From Gemmatimonadota bacterium (GTDB lineage Bacteria; Gemmatimonadota; Gemmatimonadetes; Gemmatimonadales; GWC2-71-9): 64,000 bases of DNA. This document shows, one piece after another, positions 27,904 through 37,461 of the stretch. Below the pieces are notes generated by a model. That model made no database searches and was not told the origin of the DNA. It saw nothing but the letters and a program-made list of their open reading frames with translations. Both the position numbers and the translations under genes were made by a program. The number at the start of each line of letters is the position of its first letter. The first letter of the stretch is position 1. The stretch is taken from NCBI GenBank assembly GCA_039591655.1, contig JBDHDE010000004.1:11130-75129 (forward strand). The letters run 5' to 3'.

Positions 27904-28830
27904 ATGCGGATTGCTTCCCTCTTGGCGAGCGCCACGGAAATCGTGTGCGGATTGGGCCTGGGCGACCGGTTGGTTGCGATCTCCCATGAGTGCGACTACC
28001 CGTCCGAGGCCCTCGACAGACCCCGCGTGAGCCGCCCCCGGTTCGATCCCTACGGGCTCGACAGCGGGGCGATCGACGCCGCGCTACGTGAGTCGATGGT
28101 GCAGCACGGGAGCGCCTACGAGCTGGACGCGGAACGGCTCCAGGAGCTTGCCCCCGACCTGATTCTCACCCAGGCGGTATGCGAGGTCTGCGCCGTGCCC
28201 ACGTCGTTGGCGCAACGGGCTTCCGAGCTGCTGGACCACAGGCCCAAGGTCGTCTCCATCGACGCTCACACCATCGAGGACATCCTGGCCAGCATTGCGG
28301 CTGTGGCACAGGCAGCGGGCGTGCCGGAGCGGGCCACCGAGTTGCTGGCGCAGTTGTGCGACCGCATCGCGAGGGTGGAAGCTGCGGTGGCGGGCGCGCC
28401 GCGTCCCCGGGTCCTGGCCTTGGAGTGGCTCGATCCGCCGTTCGTGCCGGGACACTGGACGCCGGAAATGGTCGCGCTAGCGGGGGGAGTGAATCTACGG
28501 GGCGAAGCCGGGAAGCGATCGCGCCAGCAGGGGTGGGAGGTGCTGGGCGGTCTCGATCCGGACCTGCTCCTGATCATGCCCTGCGGCTACGACATGGCAG
28601 CCGCCCGGGTGGATGCCGATAGGCACGGCGGCCTCCTGGTCGGCGTCGCGGGCCGCGCCGTGGATGAAGGGCGCGCCTTCTTGCTGGACGGCTCGGCCTA
28701 CTTCAATCGCTCCGGGCCCCGCATGGTGGATGGCATCGAGATACTCGCGGCCCTGTTCCACCCCGACCGCTTCCCCGGAGGGGATCTCACGGGAAGGGCA
28801 GAGGTGTGGCATCCGAGCACGGGTCGATAA
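27904..28830 (+). CDS. BtuF/TroA-like binding-protein fold without signal peptide
   Basis: MRIASLLASATEIV, SHECDYP, PDLILTQAVCEVC, EWLDP, GHW, MPCG, FNRSGPR. Confidence 0.8.
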   Translation: MRIASLLASATEIVCGLGLGDRLVAISHECDYPSEALDRPRVSRPRFDPYGLDSGAIDAALRESMVQHGSAYELDAERLQELAPDLILTQAVCEVCAVPTSLAQRASELLDHRPKVVSIDAHTIEDILASIAAVAQAAGVPERATELLAQLCDRIARVEAAVAGAPRPRVLALEWLDPPFVPGHWTPEMVALAGGVNLRGEAGKRSRQQGWEVLGGLDPDLLLIMPCGYDMAAARVDADRHGGLLVGVAGRAVDEGRAFLLDGSAYFNRSGPRMVDGIEILAALFHPDRFPGGDLTGRAEVWHPSTGR

Positions 28831-28868
28831 CATCGAGTTGACAGCTCATTGAATGGAGGGAATCGGCA

Positions 28869-29294
28869 GTGCGGTACAGCCCCTTGATGGTCAAGCCGAT
28901 GCGGGAGGATCTGACGCGCATCGGCTTCATGGAGCTCATGACGCCGGAGGAGGTGGACACCGCCCTTGGAGCGCCACAGGGCAGCGTGCTGGTGGTGGTG
29001 AACTCCGTGTGCGGATGCGCAGCGGGCAAGGCCCGGCCCGGAGTGGCCCTCGCTCTGCAGCACGACACGGTCCCGCAACGCCTGGTCACGGTGTTTGCCG
29101 GGATGGAGATCGACGCGACTGAGCGGGCGCGGCAGTACTTCGAGGGCTACCCAGCGTCGTCGCCTCAGATCGGGCTCCTGAAGGACGGGGGGTTGGTGCA
29201 CATGCTCGAGCGGAAGGACATCGAGGGGAGGGAGGCGGCGGACATTGCGATTGAGCTCAAGGCGGCGTTCGATCAGCACTGCCGCACGGCGTAG
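28869..29294 (+). CDS. BrxA/BrxB family bacilliredoxin
   Basis: VNSVCGCAAGKARPG, TVFAG, SSP; GGAGG RBS. Confidence 0.92.
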   Translation: MRYSPLMVKPMREDLTRIGFMELMTPEEVDTALGAPQGSVLVVVNSVCGCAAGKARPGVALALQHDTVPQRLVTVFAGMEIDATERARQYFEGYPASSPQIGLLKDGGLVHMLERKDIEGREAADIAIELKAAFDQHCRTA

Positions 29295-29309
29295 CTCCTG
29301 CCGGGCGGG

Positions 29310-30029
29310 GTGCCGGTGATCCTGCTCGATCCTCACGCCAGGCCCGTCATTGGGCACCGGGGGTCCTCTGGGGAGCACCCCGAGAACACACTGCTGGCCT
29401 TTGACGGGGCGCTGGAACAGGGAGCCGACGCCCTGGAGCTCGACGTCCGGGTGAGCGCCGAGGGCGTGCCCGTGGTGATTCACGATTCCACGGTGGACCG
29501 CACCACCGACGGGTCGGGTGAGGTGCGGGCCCACACCGTGGCTGAGCTGCAGGCGCTGGATGCAGGGCGCGGGGAGTCGATTCCCACACTGGAAGCCGTG
29601 TTGGAACGCTACCCCGAGACCCCCCTCATCGTTGAGATCAAGGAAGTGCCGGCGGCGGACCCGGCAGCCCGGGTCCTCATGCGCCGCGGGGCCGCCGGCA
29701 GGGTGCTGGTGGGCTCGTTCATCCAACGGGCGCTGCGGCCGTATCGCCCCCCTGCCTTCGCCCGCTCGGCATCTCGCCCGCAAACGGCGGCCTTCTGGCT
29801 GGCCTCCCGAATCGGCGTGGCGCCGCCGGGGGCCTTCGCCGCCTTCGCGGTACCGGAGCGGCACCGGGGAATCACCGTGGTAGACGACGCCTTCGTGCGA
29901 GGGGCCGGGCGCCGCGGCAAGCCGGTGCACGTGTGGACGGTGGATGACCCCGGTGACGCGCGTCACCTGCGGGCCCTCGGAGTGGCTGGTATCATTACGA
30001 ACTTCCCTCGACGGATGCGGGATCTGTGA
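29310..30029 (+). CDS. Glycerophosphodiester phosphodiesterase
   Basis: GHRG, PENT, ELDV, HD..VDRTTDG, EIK, WTVD, GIITNFP. Confidence 0.92.
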   Translation: MPVILLDPHARPVIGHRGSSGEHPENTLLAFDGALEQGADALELDVRVSAEGVPVVIHDSTVDRTTDGSGEVRAHTVAELQALDAGRGESIPTLEAVLERYPETPLIVEIKEVPAADPAARVLMRRGAAGRVLVGSFIQRALRPYRPPAFARSASRPQTAAFWLASRIGVAPPGAFAAFAVPERHRGITVVDDAFVRGAGRRGKPVHVWTVDDPGDARHLRALGVAGIITNFPRRMRDL

Positions 30030-30109
30030 TCCGCCCCGCAGCGCTGGGCGGAGGTGGTCGGCAAACTGGAGTACAAGACTCAACGTCCATTGCGGAGTGA
30101 GTTGCTGAG

Positions 30110-30985
30110 GTGGAGGGGCTCCTAGCCACTACTGATCCTACGCTGCTGGGCGCTGCCGGGGGTGCACTGCTGCTGGTGGTGCTGCTCCTATTCCTGCGTC
30201 GCCGTCGCAAGCGGGTGGTCACCGCGGAGACCGAGGCCGAGCCCGGGGAAGGGCCCGCTGTCGAGGAACCCGACGGGAGGCACGATGAGCCGGCACCAGA
30301 GCTCATCGAGGCCTGGGTGCAGTTCCTGCGCGATCATGTCACCCGTGCGGTGAACGGCCTCAACAACCGACTGAGCGCCATCGGGGGAGAAGCGCGGCAA
30401 GCCGGCGGGTCCAATCTCACCAAGGAGCAGCAGGAGAGTCTCGGGAAGATCGAGCAGGAGATTCGCTGGGCCACGAACATCACCGGCTCCCTGCTCAACC
30501 GGGTGACCAGCGACGCTCCGGAGATCGCGCCGCCGGCCTGGAACCTCCTCAGCGACGCGCCGAAGCGCCAGGGGAGCATTCTCATCGTGGAGGACGACGA
30601 CAGCAACAGGACCGTAATGACACGGCTGTTCCGCAAGCTCGGACACACCGTGATCCCCGTGACCAACGGCTACGAGGCGTACGAAGCCCTCCAGCAGCAC
30701 AAGCCCGACTGCATCATCTCGGATCTTCGCATGCCCACCCTCGGTGGCAAGACCCTGTACGAGCAGGTGGAGAACAAGTTGCCGAGCCTCGCCAGCCGGT
30801 TCGTGTTTGTGACCGGCGACTACACCCGGCCTGAGTCGTACGAGTTCCTACTGAAGGCCGGACGGCCCGTGGTGGGGAAGCCCTATGAGCTCGACCAGCT
30901 CCTCGCCGCCGTAGCCACGGTCCTGGCTCAGGCGGGGGTGATCACGGACCGCTCGGGGGACGGCAAGGCGGCGGGATCGGGGTAG
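30110..30985 (+). CDS. Membrane-anchored response regulator with a degenerate HisKA-like helical region
   Basis: One TM helix followed by RRRRKR; LNNRLSAI H-box-like segment; receiver IVEDD, SDLRMP, VTG, KP. Confidence 0.75.
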   Translation: MEGLLATTDPTLLGAAGGALLLVVLLLFLRRRRKRVVTAETEAEPGEGPAVEEPDGRHDEPAPELIEAWVQFLRDHVTRAVNGLNNRLSAIGGEARQAGGSNLTKEQQESLGKIEQEIRWATNITGSLLNRVTSDAPEIAPPAWNLLSDAPKRQGSILIVEDDDSNRTVMTRLFRKLGHTVIPVTNGYEAYEALQQHKPDCIISDLRMPTLGGKTLYEQVENKLPSLASRFVFVTGDYTRPESYEFLLKAGRPVVGKPYELDQLLAAVATVLAQAGVITDRSGDGKAAGSG

Positions 30986-31070
30986 CCGCTCCGCCCCTTC
31001 CCTCGAGCGCTGGACAACCTACCTGCCCTGCGTAGTACCTTCCCCAAGACTCCAACCACCGGCCGCACAC

Positions 31071-33251
31071 ATGAAAAGCGTACGTCTTCTGCTCTGCGGA
31101 GCCAGCTTGTTGCTCGCGGCTCCGGCCCTTGCCCAGGCGCCGGCGCTCACGGTCCAGAACATCTGGGGAGGGAGCTTCTCCAGCGACCTCGTCACCGTTA
31201 GCTGGATGGCCGACGGGGAGCACTTCACCCGGATCGAGCGGGGGGACGACGGCGTCACCGACCTCGTCCGGGTGGAGGCCCGCTCCGGGATCGAACAGGT
31301 ACTGGTGAGCGGCGCCGGGCTCGTGCCGCCGGGCGCCGAGGAGTCCATTCGGATCGAGCGGTACGCCTTCTCGGCGGACGGCTGGAAGCTGCTGATCTTC
31401 ACCAACTCCCAGCGGGTCTGGCGCCGGCGTACCAAGGGCGAGTACTACGTGCTGGATCTGCAGGACGGCACCCTGGTGTCCGTGAGCGACGAGCCGGGCT
31501 TCCAGATGTTCGCCAAGTTCTCGCCCGACGGCCGGCACGTGGGCTTCGTGCGCGAGCACAACCTGTTCGTGGCCGACCTTGAGACCCTCGAGGAGCGCCA
31601 GATCACGTTCGACGGTGACGAGAACGTCATCAACGGGACCTCGGACTGGGTGTACGAAGAGGAACTGGGGCTCAGAGACGCCTTCCGGTGGAGCCCGGAT
31701 GGGAAGCGGATTGCCTTTTGGCGTCTCGATCAGACGGTGATCAAGCCGTTCTACATGATCGACGAGACGCAGCTCTACCCGGAGCTGCTCCCGGTGCGCT
31801 ACCCCAAGGCCGGTGAGCAGAACTCCGAGGTGCGGATCGGCGTGGTGGACCTCGAGAGCGGGGAGACCACCTGGGTGGACCTCGGGGCGGAGAAGGACAT
31901 CTACATCGCCGATATGGACTTCGCGGAGTCGTCGGACGAGATCTGGCTCACGCGCCTCAACCGGCATCAAAACCGGCTCGACCTCATGCTAGCCAGTGTA
32001 GAGACCGGCAGCTCAACCGTGATCATGACTGACGAGGACGAAGCCTGGGTGGACGCCGGGGAGCCGATGTGGCTCGACGATGGGCGGCGGTTTCTCTACC
32101 TCAGCGAGTTGGACGGTTACCGCCACCTTTACCTGTTCGATCGCGATGGGTCGCTCGTCCGTCGGGTGACCAACGGCGAGTGGGACGTGCTGAGCGTGCG
32201 CGGCGTGGACGAGGAGCGGGGTGTCGTCTACTTCAGCGCGTCGATCGACGGACCCTTGGTGCGGCCCCTGTACCGGATCGGGCTCGACGGCCGGGGTCTG
32301 CAGCGTATCACGCCGGAGGGCGGCTCTCATGGAATCGACTTCAATCCCGTGAACACGATGTACGTGGACACGTACTCGCGTGCCGGGGCGCCGCCGATGC
32401 AGACGCTCCACGAAGCCGACGGCCGCATCATCCGTGATCTGGCGGCCAACGCCGAGCTCGCCGAGAAACTCGGGAGCATCGGCATCGCTGAGCCGGAGTT
32501 CATGACCGTGCCGGGCGCTGATGGAGCCACCCTCAACGCTTACATCATCAAGCCGGCGGACTTCGACCCGGCCAAGTGCTACCCGCTCCTCATGTACGTG
32601 TACGGCGGTCCGGGCTCACAGACGGTGCGTGACGCGTGGGGCGGCAACAACTACCTCTGGTACCAGATGCTGGGGCAGGCGGGCTACCTGGTGGCCAGCG
32701 TTGACAACCGGGGGACGGGGTCCCGAGGCAGGGAATTTGAAAAGATGACGTACCTGAACCTGGGGCAGCTGGAATCCGATGACCAGATCGCCGCGGCCCG
32801 CCATTTCGCGTCGCTGCCCTACGTGGACGGCGACCGTATCGGGATCTGGGGTTGGAGCTACGGCGGCTACATGTCGCTGATGTCGCTGTTCCGCGGGGAA
32901 GGCGTGTTCAAGGCGGCCATCTCGGTGGCACCGGTGACCGACTGGCGGTTGTACGATACGATCTACACCGAGCGCTTCATGCGCACGCCACAGGAGAACC
33001 CGGAGGGCTACGACAAGGGCGCGCCACTCACCTACGCTGATCAACTCGAGGGCAATCTGCTCCTCGTGCACGGAACCGGGGACGACAATGTGCACGCGCA
33101 GAATACCACGAGGTTGATTCAGAAGCTCGAGCAGGCGGGCAAGCAGTTCGACATGCGGCTCTACCCGAACAAGACGCACGGCATCTCCGGTGAGAGCACG
33201 CGGGTGAACCTGTTCGAGTACTTCACAGAGTGGCTGAAGGAGAACCTGTAG
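31071..33251 (+). CDS. S9 family dipeptidyl peptidase IV
   Basis: DWVYEEE, YPKAG, YGGPG, GWSYGG nucleophile, HGTGDDNVH, catalytic H in KTHG; signal peptide. Confidence 0.95.
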   Translation: MKSVRLLLCGASLLLAAPALAQAPALTVQNIWGGSFSSDLVTVSWMADGEHFTRIERGDDGVTDLVRVEARSGIEQVLVSGAGLVPPGAEESIRIERYAFSADGWKLLIFTNSQRVWRRRTKGEYYVLDLQDGTLVSVSDEPGFQMFAKFSPDGRHVGFVREHNLFVADLETLEERQITFDGDENVINGTSDWVYEEELGLRDAFRWSPDGKRIAFWRLDQTVIKPFYMIDETQLYPELLPVRYPKAGEQNSEVRIGVVDLESGETTWVDLGAEKDIYIADMDFAESSDEIWLTRLNRHQNRLDLMLASVETGSSTVIMTDEDEAWVDAGEPMWLDDGRRFLYLSELDGYRHLYLFDRDGSLVRRVTNGEWDVLSVRGVDEERGVVYFSASIDGPLVRPLYRIGLDGRGLQRITPEGGSHGIDFNPVNTMYVDTYSRAGAPPMQTLHEADGRIIRDLAANAELAEKLGSIGIAEPEFMTVPGADGATLNAYIIKPADFDPAKCYPLLMYVYGGPGSQTVRDAWGGNNYLWYQMLGQAGYLVASVDNRGTGSRGREFEKMTYLNLGQLESDDQIAAARHFASLPYVDGDRIGIWGWSYGGYMSLMSLFRGEGVFKAAISVAPVTDWRLYDTIYTERFMRTPQENPEGYDKGAPLTYADQLEGNLLLVHGTGDDNVHAQNTTRLIQKLEQAGKQFDMRLYPNKTHGISGESTRVNLFEYFTEWLKENL

Positions 33252-33252
33252 C

Positions 33253-34371
33253 CTAATCCATGAGGAGCCGGCCGAAGGCGTCCTTCACCTCGGTGAGGGC
33301 CGCCTTCAGCTCTTGCTGCTCGTTGCCGTAGCTGAGCCGCAGGTGGAGCGGCATGTGGAAGTGCTCGCCCGGGACGAGCAGGATGTTCCGCTCTACCCGA
33401 ATTCGCTCGACCAACTCGAGCGCGCTCAACGTGTGGCGGTAGCGCACCGTGCAGATGGCCCCGCAGTCGGGCCTGTGCCACTCGAAGAGGGTTCCGAAGC
33501 TGCGGAGGAAATCCTCCAGCACCGGATAGTTCGCGTTGAGTATACCGCGGGTGCGGGCCAGGATCCGGTCGCGCACCGATAACGCGCGGGTTGCGAGGTA
33601 GTCGCTCGCGGGGCTGGGGCCGATCACCGTGTAGTCGTGGCGGCGTACCACGGCCTCCTTGAACTCCTTCGAGCTCACGATCCAGCCGATGCGCAGCCCG
33701 GGTAGCCCGTACGCCTTCGACAACCCACTCACCACGATTGCCCGCTCGTAGTCGCCCCAAAACGAGGGGGTTTCCACCCCGTCGAGCTCCGCACCCTGGT
33801 ACACCTCGTCCACCAGCAACCAAGCCCCCGCGGCACGGGTCCGATCCATGATCACCCGTCGCGCCTCCGCCGACAGCCTGTGCCCCGTGGGGTTATTGGG
33901 ATTGGTGACGACGACGAGCTTGGTATTGGGCGCGATGGCGCGCTCGACTTCCTCGGGGTCGGGATCCCACGCGCGCTCGAAGTGCAGTGGGAACTCCGCC
34001 ACGGTGGCCCCGAAATTCCGGGCCAGTCCCGGCGACTGCATGTAGACGGGGGTGAGGATCGCGACCCGGTCGCCCGGCTCGATCAGGGTCCAGCAGACGA
34101 TGAAGTTCGCCTCTGCGCTGCCGACGGTGACGGTGACGTGATCTCGGGTGGCGCCGGTGTAGAGCGCGGCGATCGCCTCCCGCAGCGCATCGGTGCCGTC
34201 CGACTGGTTGTAGACCATCCGCAGGCTGGCCAGCTCCTTCATGTCGCCGCCGTACAGATCCAGGAGCTCGGCGATGGAGAGCGGGTGCACCCCGCTCTCG
34301 GTGAGGTTGTAGCTGACCTGGTTCTCCCAGGTGCTCTGCCAGCGCTCGAGCTCGAAGGATACGAATGACAC
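33253..34371 (-). CDS. Class I/II PLP-dependent aminotransferase
   Basis: TNPNNPTG, DEVY, SGLSKAYGLPGLRIGW, LLVPG. Confidence 0.9.
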   Translation of the reverse strand: MSFVSFELERWQSTWENQVSYNLTESGVHPLSIAELLDLYGGDMKELASLRMVYNQSDGTDALREAIAALYTGATRDHVTVTVGSAEANFIVCWTLIEPGDRVAILTPVYMQSPGLARNFGATVAEFPLHFERAWDPDPEEVERAIAPNTKLVVVTNPNNPTGHRLSAEARRVIMDRTRAAGAWLLVDEVYQGAELDGVETPSFWGDYERAIVVSGLSKAYGLPGLRIGWIVSSKEFKEAVVRRHDYTVIGPSPASDYLATRALSVRDRILARTRGILNANYPVLEDFLRSFGTLFEWHRPDCGAICTVRYRHTLSALELVERIRVERNILLVPGEHFHMPLHLRLSYGNEQQELKAALTEVKDAFGRLLMD

Positions 34372-34442
34372 GCCGTCGCCCCGGTGAGTTGGTACCAGTC
34401 AAGGTACCGAAGCGACAGGATGTGCAGAAGGGATGGGAAGAA

Positions 34443-34472
34443 GATCGCCTCCCACCGCAGTGGGAGGCGATC
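34443..34472 (-). terminator. Hairpin terminator after the DUF4097 gene
   Basis: Perfect 13-bp stem GATCGCCTCCCAC/GTGGGAGGCGATC, 4-nt loop, TTCTT tail on the minus strand. Confidence 0.7.
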
Positions 34473-34485
34473 GGAGGAACTTCGA

Positions 34486-35553
34486 CTACGCTCCCTTGCG
34501 GATGCGCACGTCACCCGAGCCGGTGTCGATTAAGAGCCGGCCGTCGCCGTCGCCAATCGTTCCCCGGACGTGGGTGCGCTCCCACTTCTCCAGCTGAAGC
34601 GGGAGGTCGATGTCGATCCCGCCGCTCCCGGTGTCGATCTCAACGTCGGCGCCGAAGCTATCGGGGACCGTTACGGTCACCGAGCCCGAGCCGGTGTCGA
34701 TCTCGACGTTCCGGGGGTCGGCGGCCAACTCGAGCTCGACCCGTCCACTGCCGGTGTCGAGGCGCACATCGCGGGCCACGGCCTCGCCCACCACGACGCT
34801 GCCCGATCCGGTGTCGATGTCGAGGTAGGTGACCGAGACCTGGGACGCGATGACACGGCCGGAGCCGGTGTCGACCCGCAGCACGTCGCCGCGGACACCC
34901 GTGACCTCCACCGATCCGGAGCCGGTGTCTAGGTCCACGTCGCCCTCGGCGTCGGAAACCGTGACCTGACCGGAGCCCACGTCCACCACGAGGGAGCCGC
35001 TGGTGCCGGTGGTCGTGACCGGCGCGCTGTGGGTATCGAGCCGCAGGGTGCCGTTGACGTTCGTGGCCGACATCGATCCGACCGCCAGGTAGACGTTCAA
35101 GGTCGTCCCGGCCGGCACGCTGATGGTGAGGTCCGCGTAGGCTTCCAGGCCCCCACCTGATCCGCTGATACGGACCCTGTTGCCGCGGTCGTGCCAGTCG
35201 TCGTGGTCGCCGTCGCTGAAGGTGCCGTTCTCACGCACTCTCAGCTCGGTGGATCCGTGGTCCCGGTAGCTGATGCGCTCAGCCGGGTAGATCACCCGTA
35301 GCGTTTCCCAGTCCCGAATGGGGCCGGTTTCGACCCGCAGGCGCTCTGCATCGTCGCCGCGGAGGCTCACCTCGACGACCACCGCCGAGCCGGAGCCGGC
35401 CTCGAGCCGGACCTCGCCGGCGAGGTTGTACACCGCGACCCGGTCGCCGGACACCTGGTACCGCTCGGTCTGCTGGGCTAGCAGCGATGACGCTGCCACG
35501 CCCCACCCGAGCGTGAGGGCCAGCGCCGCAGCCGTTCTCCGCTTGAGAAGCAT
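34486..35553 (-). CDS. DUF4097-family beta-strand repeat protein, exported
   Basis: Signal peptide; seven DTGSG repeats plus DVGSG. Confidence 0.85.
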   Translation of the reverse strand: MLLKRRTAAALALTLGWGVAASSLLAQQTERYQVSGDRVAVYNLAGEVRLEAGSGSAVVVEVSLRGDDAERLRVETGPIRDWETLRVIYPAERISYRDHGSTELRVRENGTFSDGDHDDWHDRGNRVRISGSGGGLEAYADLTISVPAGTTLNVYLAVGSMSATNVNGTLRLDTHSAPVTTTGTSGSLVVDVGSGQVTVSDAEGDVDLDTGSGSVEVTGVRGDVLRVDTGSGRVIASQVSVTYLDIDTGSGSVVVGEAVARDVRLDTGSGRVELELAADPRNVEIDTGSGSVTVTVPDSFGADVEIDTGSGGIDIDLPLQLEKWERTHVRGTIGDGDGRLLIDTGSGDVRIRKGA

Positions 35554-35692
35554 GGAGGAGTCTCCTGAGTTAGACGTACGTCCTCGTAAGGGGATCCCGT
35601 GGTTAGATAGGGCCGACGGCCGAAACGTTGCATCCCGGCGTGTCCCCCTGGAGACGAGGTGGGGGATCGCCCCACACCTCGCATACATCTCG

Positions 35693-35719
35693 TACGGTTG
35701 GCTCCCGGTCCTGGTTTCC
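35693..35719 (-). promoter_or_regulatory. ECF-sigma-like promoter for the DUF4097 gene
   Basis: GGAAAC-N17-CGTA on the minus strand, about 140 bp upstream of the start. Confidence 0.55.
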
Positions 35720-35782
35720 GGCGCCGAATCCGAGAGTGAGTGTCGGGGTGACGCGCCCCGGCGAGGGCCGTGGGGGAGACTC

Positions 35783-36718
35783 CTAGCCCGTGCCGGGCTC
35801 CGCCGGCGCCCGGGCGCCGGACTTCCCCTCGAGCCGGTTGTCGTAGTAGCGGTGTGTCGGGTAGGCGAAATCGATGTCGTCGCACTTGCCGAAGGCGGCA
35901 AGCACGTCTTCCCAGACGTCCTGGGTCGTACTCCGGCGGCGGCGCGGCTCGCACAGGTAGCGGACCGTGAGAAGCACGCCGCAATCGGCCACGCTGGTGT
36001 AAACGGTTGGGGTGAGCGTCGAGTAGAAGATCATGAACCGGCGGGAGACCTCCTTGATCCGCTCGGCCGCGTCTCGGGTCAGGTGGGCGGCGTGTTGCTG
36101 CGCGATCTCCTCGAGGATGTCCTTCGCCTTCTGCCAGTTGCTCTCGAACGTGATCAGGACCGGCAGCTCGTTCCAGATGTACTGGAAGCCCTTGCTGTAG
36201 TTGGCCAGGACCTCGGTGAGCACCTTGCCGTTGGGGATGTGGATTACACGACCGGTGCTCTGATCGGCGTCCACCCAGTTGCCGATCTCCAGCACGGTGA
36301 ACTGGAAGATCCTGATATCGATGACGTCCCCGGCCTGGTCGCCGATCTGGATGCGGTCACCCGTCTCGAACGGGCGGCGCCACAGTATGAACACCCACCC
36401 GGCCAGGTTCCCCAGCAGGTCCTTGAGGGCAATGGCGATACCCGCCGAGACCAGGCCCAGGAAGGTTGCCACAGACGAGAAGCCCTCGATCCAGATCCGT
36501 CCCACGACCAGGATGCCGACGGGAACGACGATGTAGGAGCTGACCTTCTGCCAGCGGTAGCGGGCCCGGACGTCCTCCACCCGGCGCCAAACGACCCACA
36601 TCACGATCCGCCGGATCGCCCACAGGATCAGGATCGCCAGGAGCGTATCCGTGATCCGGTCCAGGGCACCCGGGCTCAGGCCGAGGGCAGACTGTAGCCA
36701 GTCAGAGATCGCCGTCAT
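35783..36718 (-). CDS. mscS: Small-conductance mechanosensitive channel
   Basis: GLVSAGIAIALKD, RPFETGDRIQIG, GDVIDI, IPNG, IDFAYP. Confidence 0.9.
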   Translation of the reverse strand: MTAISDWLQSALGLSPGALDRITDTLLAILILWAIRRIVMWVVWRRVEDVRARYRWQKVSSYIVVPVGILVVGRIWIEGFSSVATFLGLVSAGIAIALKDLLGNLAGWVFILWRRPFETGDRIQIGDQAGDVIDIRIFQFTVLEIGNWVDADQSTGRVIHIPNGKVLTEVLANYSKGFQYIWNELPVLITFESNWQKAKDILEEIAQQHAAHLTRDAAERIKEVSRRFMIFYSTLTPTVYTSVADCGVLLTVRYLCEPRRRRSTTQDVWEDVLAAFGKCDDIDFAYPTHRYYDNRLEGKSGARAPAEPGTG

Positions 36719-36791
36719 GCGCGTGCAGGGTCCTGATTGGGTTCGGTCCGGTCACCAATCTGGCCGCCGTCCGGGGTACCGGACTGCGACG

Positions 36792-37442
36792 TCAATCACA
36801 TCCCAGTGTCGTGAGGCCCTGTGGCTCGGCGACCCAGTAGTCGGGCTCGTGGGCCGCCAGAGCCTTCCTGGAAAAGGGCCCCCAGAGCACGGCGGCGGTG
36901 GCGACGCCGGCCGCCCGCCCGGAGGCCATGTCGTGGGGCGAGTCGCCGATGAACACAGTCTCCTCGGGAGTCGCATCCAGGAGCGTGACGGCGTGCTCCA
37001 CCGGCTCCGGGTGGGGCTTGTGCCGTCGGACGTCGTCAGCGGACACCACGACCGGGAAGAGGCCGTCGAACCCGCCCTTGGCGAGTCCCATCCCGGCGCC
37101 CCGGCGCTTCTTGCTGGTGACCACCCCGAGCTTCGCGCCCCGGGCGTGGAGTGCCCGCACCGCCTGGAGGACGCCAGGGTACTCCCGCACTAGGGCGTCG
37201 TGGTTGGCTAGGTTGTGCTCCTGGTACGTGGCTACCATGGCCTCGATCTCGTCTGCATCATCGGTGAAGCGCTTGAACTGAGCTCGTAGTGGGGTGCCCA
37301 GCCCCGCGAGCCAGGCCTCGTCGAGGGGCACCTCTCCCCGATGGTTGGTGAGTGTGTGCCGGTAGGAGCTCAGGATGAGGTCGATGGAATCGATCAGCGT
37401 CCCGTCGAGATCGAACAGGAAGGTATTGAGTGCGCGTGGCAT
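36792..37442 (-). CDS. HAD-IA hydrolase (PpaX-like pyrophosphatase/phosphatase)
   Basis: FDLDGTLIDS, VTSK, HKPHPEP, IGDSPHD. Confidence 0.9.
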   Translation of the reverse strand: MPRALNTFLFDLDGTLIDSIDLILSSYRHTLTNHRGEVPLDEAWLAGLGTPLRAQFKRFTDDADEIEAMVATYQEHNLANHDALVREYPGVLQAVRALHARGAKLGVVTSKKRRGAGMGLAKGGFDGLFPVVVSADDVRRHKPHPEPVEHAVTLLDATPEETVFIGDSPHDMASGRAAGVATAAVLWGPFSRKALAAHEPDYWVAEPQGLTTLGCD

Positions 37443-37448
37443 TGAGCC

Positions 37449-37456
37449 AATATAGT
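37449..37456. promoter_or_regulatory. Overlapping bidirectional -10 elements
   Basis: TATAGT (+, 37451-56) and TATATT (-, 37449-54) inside the 19-bp gap between divergent ATGs. Confidence 0.65.
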
Positions 37457-37461
37457 GGGCC

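Noticed and set aside
34515..34990. Periodic CCGGTGTCGA repeats resembling an array
   Set aside because: They encode the DTGSG protein repeats of the DUF4097 gene in frame; no cas genes present.
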